From IMG/VR virus record IMGVR_UViG_3300037461_001289: a stretch of 64,000 nt of DNA. One strand, written 5' to 3'. Every line of letters begins with the position of its first letter. The stretch's first letter is position 1. Shown here piece by piece: positions 63,242 through 64,000 of the stretch. Under the pieces are notes generated by a model. The model was not told where the DNA came from. It did not search any database and saw nothing but the letters and a program-made list of their open reading frames with translations. Origin of the DNA: a virus. The position numbers and the translations under genes were made by a program.

Positions 63242-63895
63242 ATGACCAAACAGGGGAAGTCGTCTTCGAGTAGCGCGCAGGCCACGAAAAAGTCCACCAC
63301 CAAGCCGGCGGCCAAGCCCGTCGTCGCAGCGCCGAAGCCGGCGCCGGCGGCCAAGCCCGTCGTCGCAGCACCGAAGCCGGCGCCGTCGAAGACCCCGGAG
63401 ATCACGCCGGTGCTGAGGCCGAAGCCGGGGTACCACTTCGTCGTGCAGCGCGGGGTGATGACGGAGGAGCGCGACGAGCCGACGGCGGCGCCGACGCCCG
63501 AGCTCAAGTACGGCGCGAAGCCGGCCCCGCCCGGGTCGGGGCCGGCGCGGTACTTCCCGCCCGTGGCGAAACCGGCAGCGCCTAAGGCGGCGCCCGTCGT
63601 TGCGAAGCCGGCGGCGCCTAAGGCGGCGCCTAAGGCGGCGCCCGTCGCGGCGAAGCCGGCCGCAGCGCCCAAGCCTGCCGAGACGTCCGCGTGGGGCCGC
63701 GTCGGGTCGGGCGCAGAGTGCTACAAGCGGATCTTGATGACGCCGGGCTCGACGCTGACCGAGGCGCAGGTCCACGCCGCGGTGAGCAAGGAAGTCGGCG
63801 CGGCGGGCGCGGGTCCGCTCGGGTATGTGAAGTGGTATCGCGCGTGGCTCATCAAGCACGGCCACAAGCCGACCTGTGGCAACGGCGGGGCGTAG
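63242..63895 (+). CDS. Early protein, H1-like AKP repeats plus repeat-domain paralog 6
   Basis: SD GGAGG; WGRVGSGAECYKR...YVKWYRAWLIKHG. Confidence 0.75.
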   Translation: MTKQGKSSSSSAQATKKSTTKPAAKPVVAAPKPAPAAKPVVAAPKPAPSKTPEITPVLRPKPGYHFVVQRGVMTEERDEPTAAPTPELKYGAKPAPPGSGPARYFPPVAKPAAPKAAPVVAKPAAPKAAPKAAPVAAKPAAAPKPAETSAWGRVGSGAECYKRILMTPGSTLTEAQVHAAVSKEVGAAGAGPLGYVKWYRAWLIKHGHKPTCGNGGA

Positions 63896-63897
63896 CC

Positions 63898-64000
63898 GTG
63901 GCGACCGATAGGAAGATCCGCGCGCTGCTGTCGCCGAAGATGGGCAAGGCGCTGCGCAGCGTCTCGGCGGCGCTCACGAAGGCGAAGGTGAGGTTCGCCT
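63898..64000 (+). CDS. Partial CDS running off the window
   Basis: GTG 63898, open to the end (ATDRKIRALL...KVRFA). Confidence 0.4.
   Translation, partial: MATDRKIRALLSPKMGKALRSVSAALTKAKVRFA

Noticed and set aside
63290-63680. Repeats as ncRNA or CRISPR
   Set aside because: Codon-phased AKPAAPK repeats inside a CDS.
1-64000. tRNA/rRNA genes or a prophage-host junction
   Set aside because: No cloverleaf or rRNA-like segments recognised by eye, and no host housekeeping genes at either end.

Overview
The whole window looks viral (about 70% GC, tightly packed genes with ATGA/GTGA overlaps; no host housekeeping genes, rRNA, tRNA or CRISPR array seen). It has two + strand early/middle arms (1-11769 and 44247-64000) and one - strand late operon (44082 down to 11766). 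Left arm: nucleotide/DNA modification cluster (SAM MTase, MazG-like pyrophosphatase, C5-MTase, dNMP kinase-UDG fusion, Asp-type thymidylate synthase homolog, Dam-like MTase, dCMP deaminase, TSCPD protein) and a Cre-like tyrosine recombinase with an adjacent lox/dif-like inverted repeat. Inside that cluster is the most striking feature: a promoter-driven, stand-alone RAMP/Cas7-like gene (3312-3932) followed by two arrays of 17 and 22 GGY-NN pentamers (3940-4185). This matches my recollection of the recently reported VIPR-type RNA-guided systems. Right arm: iteron-rich putative origin, primase-VirE helicase, a Bd0055/HBb-like bacterial histone, SSB-like protein, family A DNA polymerase, Cas4-like nuclease, VRR-NUC, ThyX, SNF2 helicase, DUF932-like protein, and six early genes sharing a ~55-aa domain. 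The late operon has no recognisable terminase, portal, HK97 capsid or tail genes. It instead encodes beta-sandwich proteins, many Gly-rich single-pass membrane proteins, three muralytic-like enzymes, two papain-fold enzymes, a large spike and a glycosyl/methyltransferase cluster, suggesting a large tailless, membrane-containing virus. All family assignments are by eye from motifs; no database search was run.
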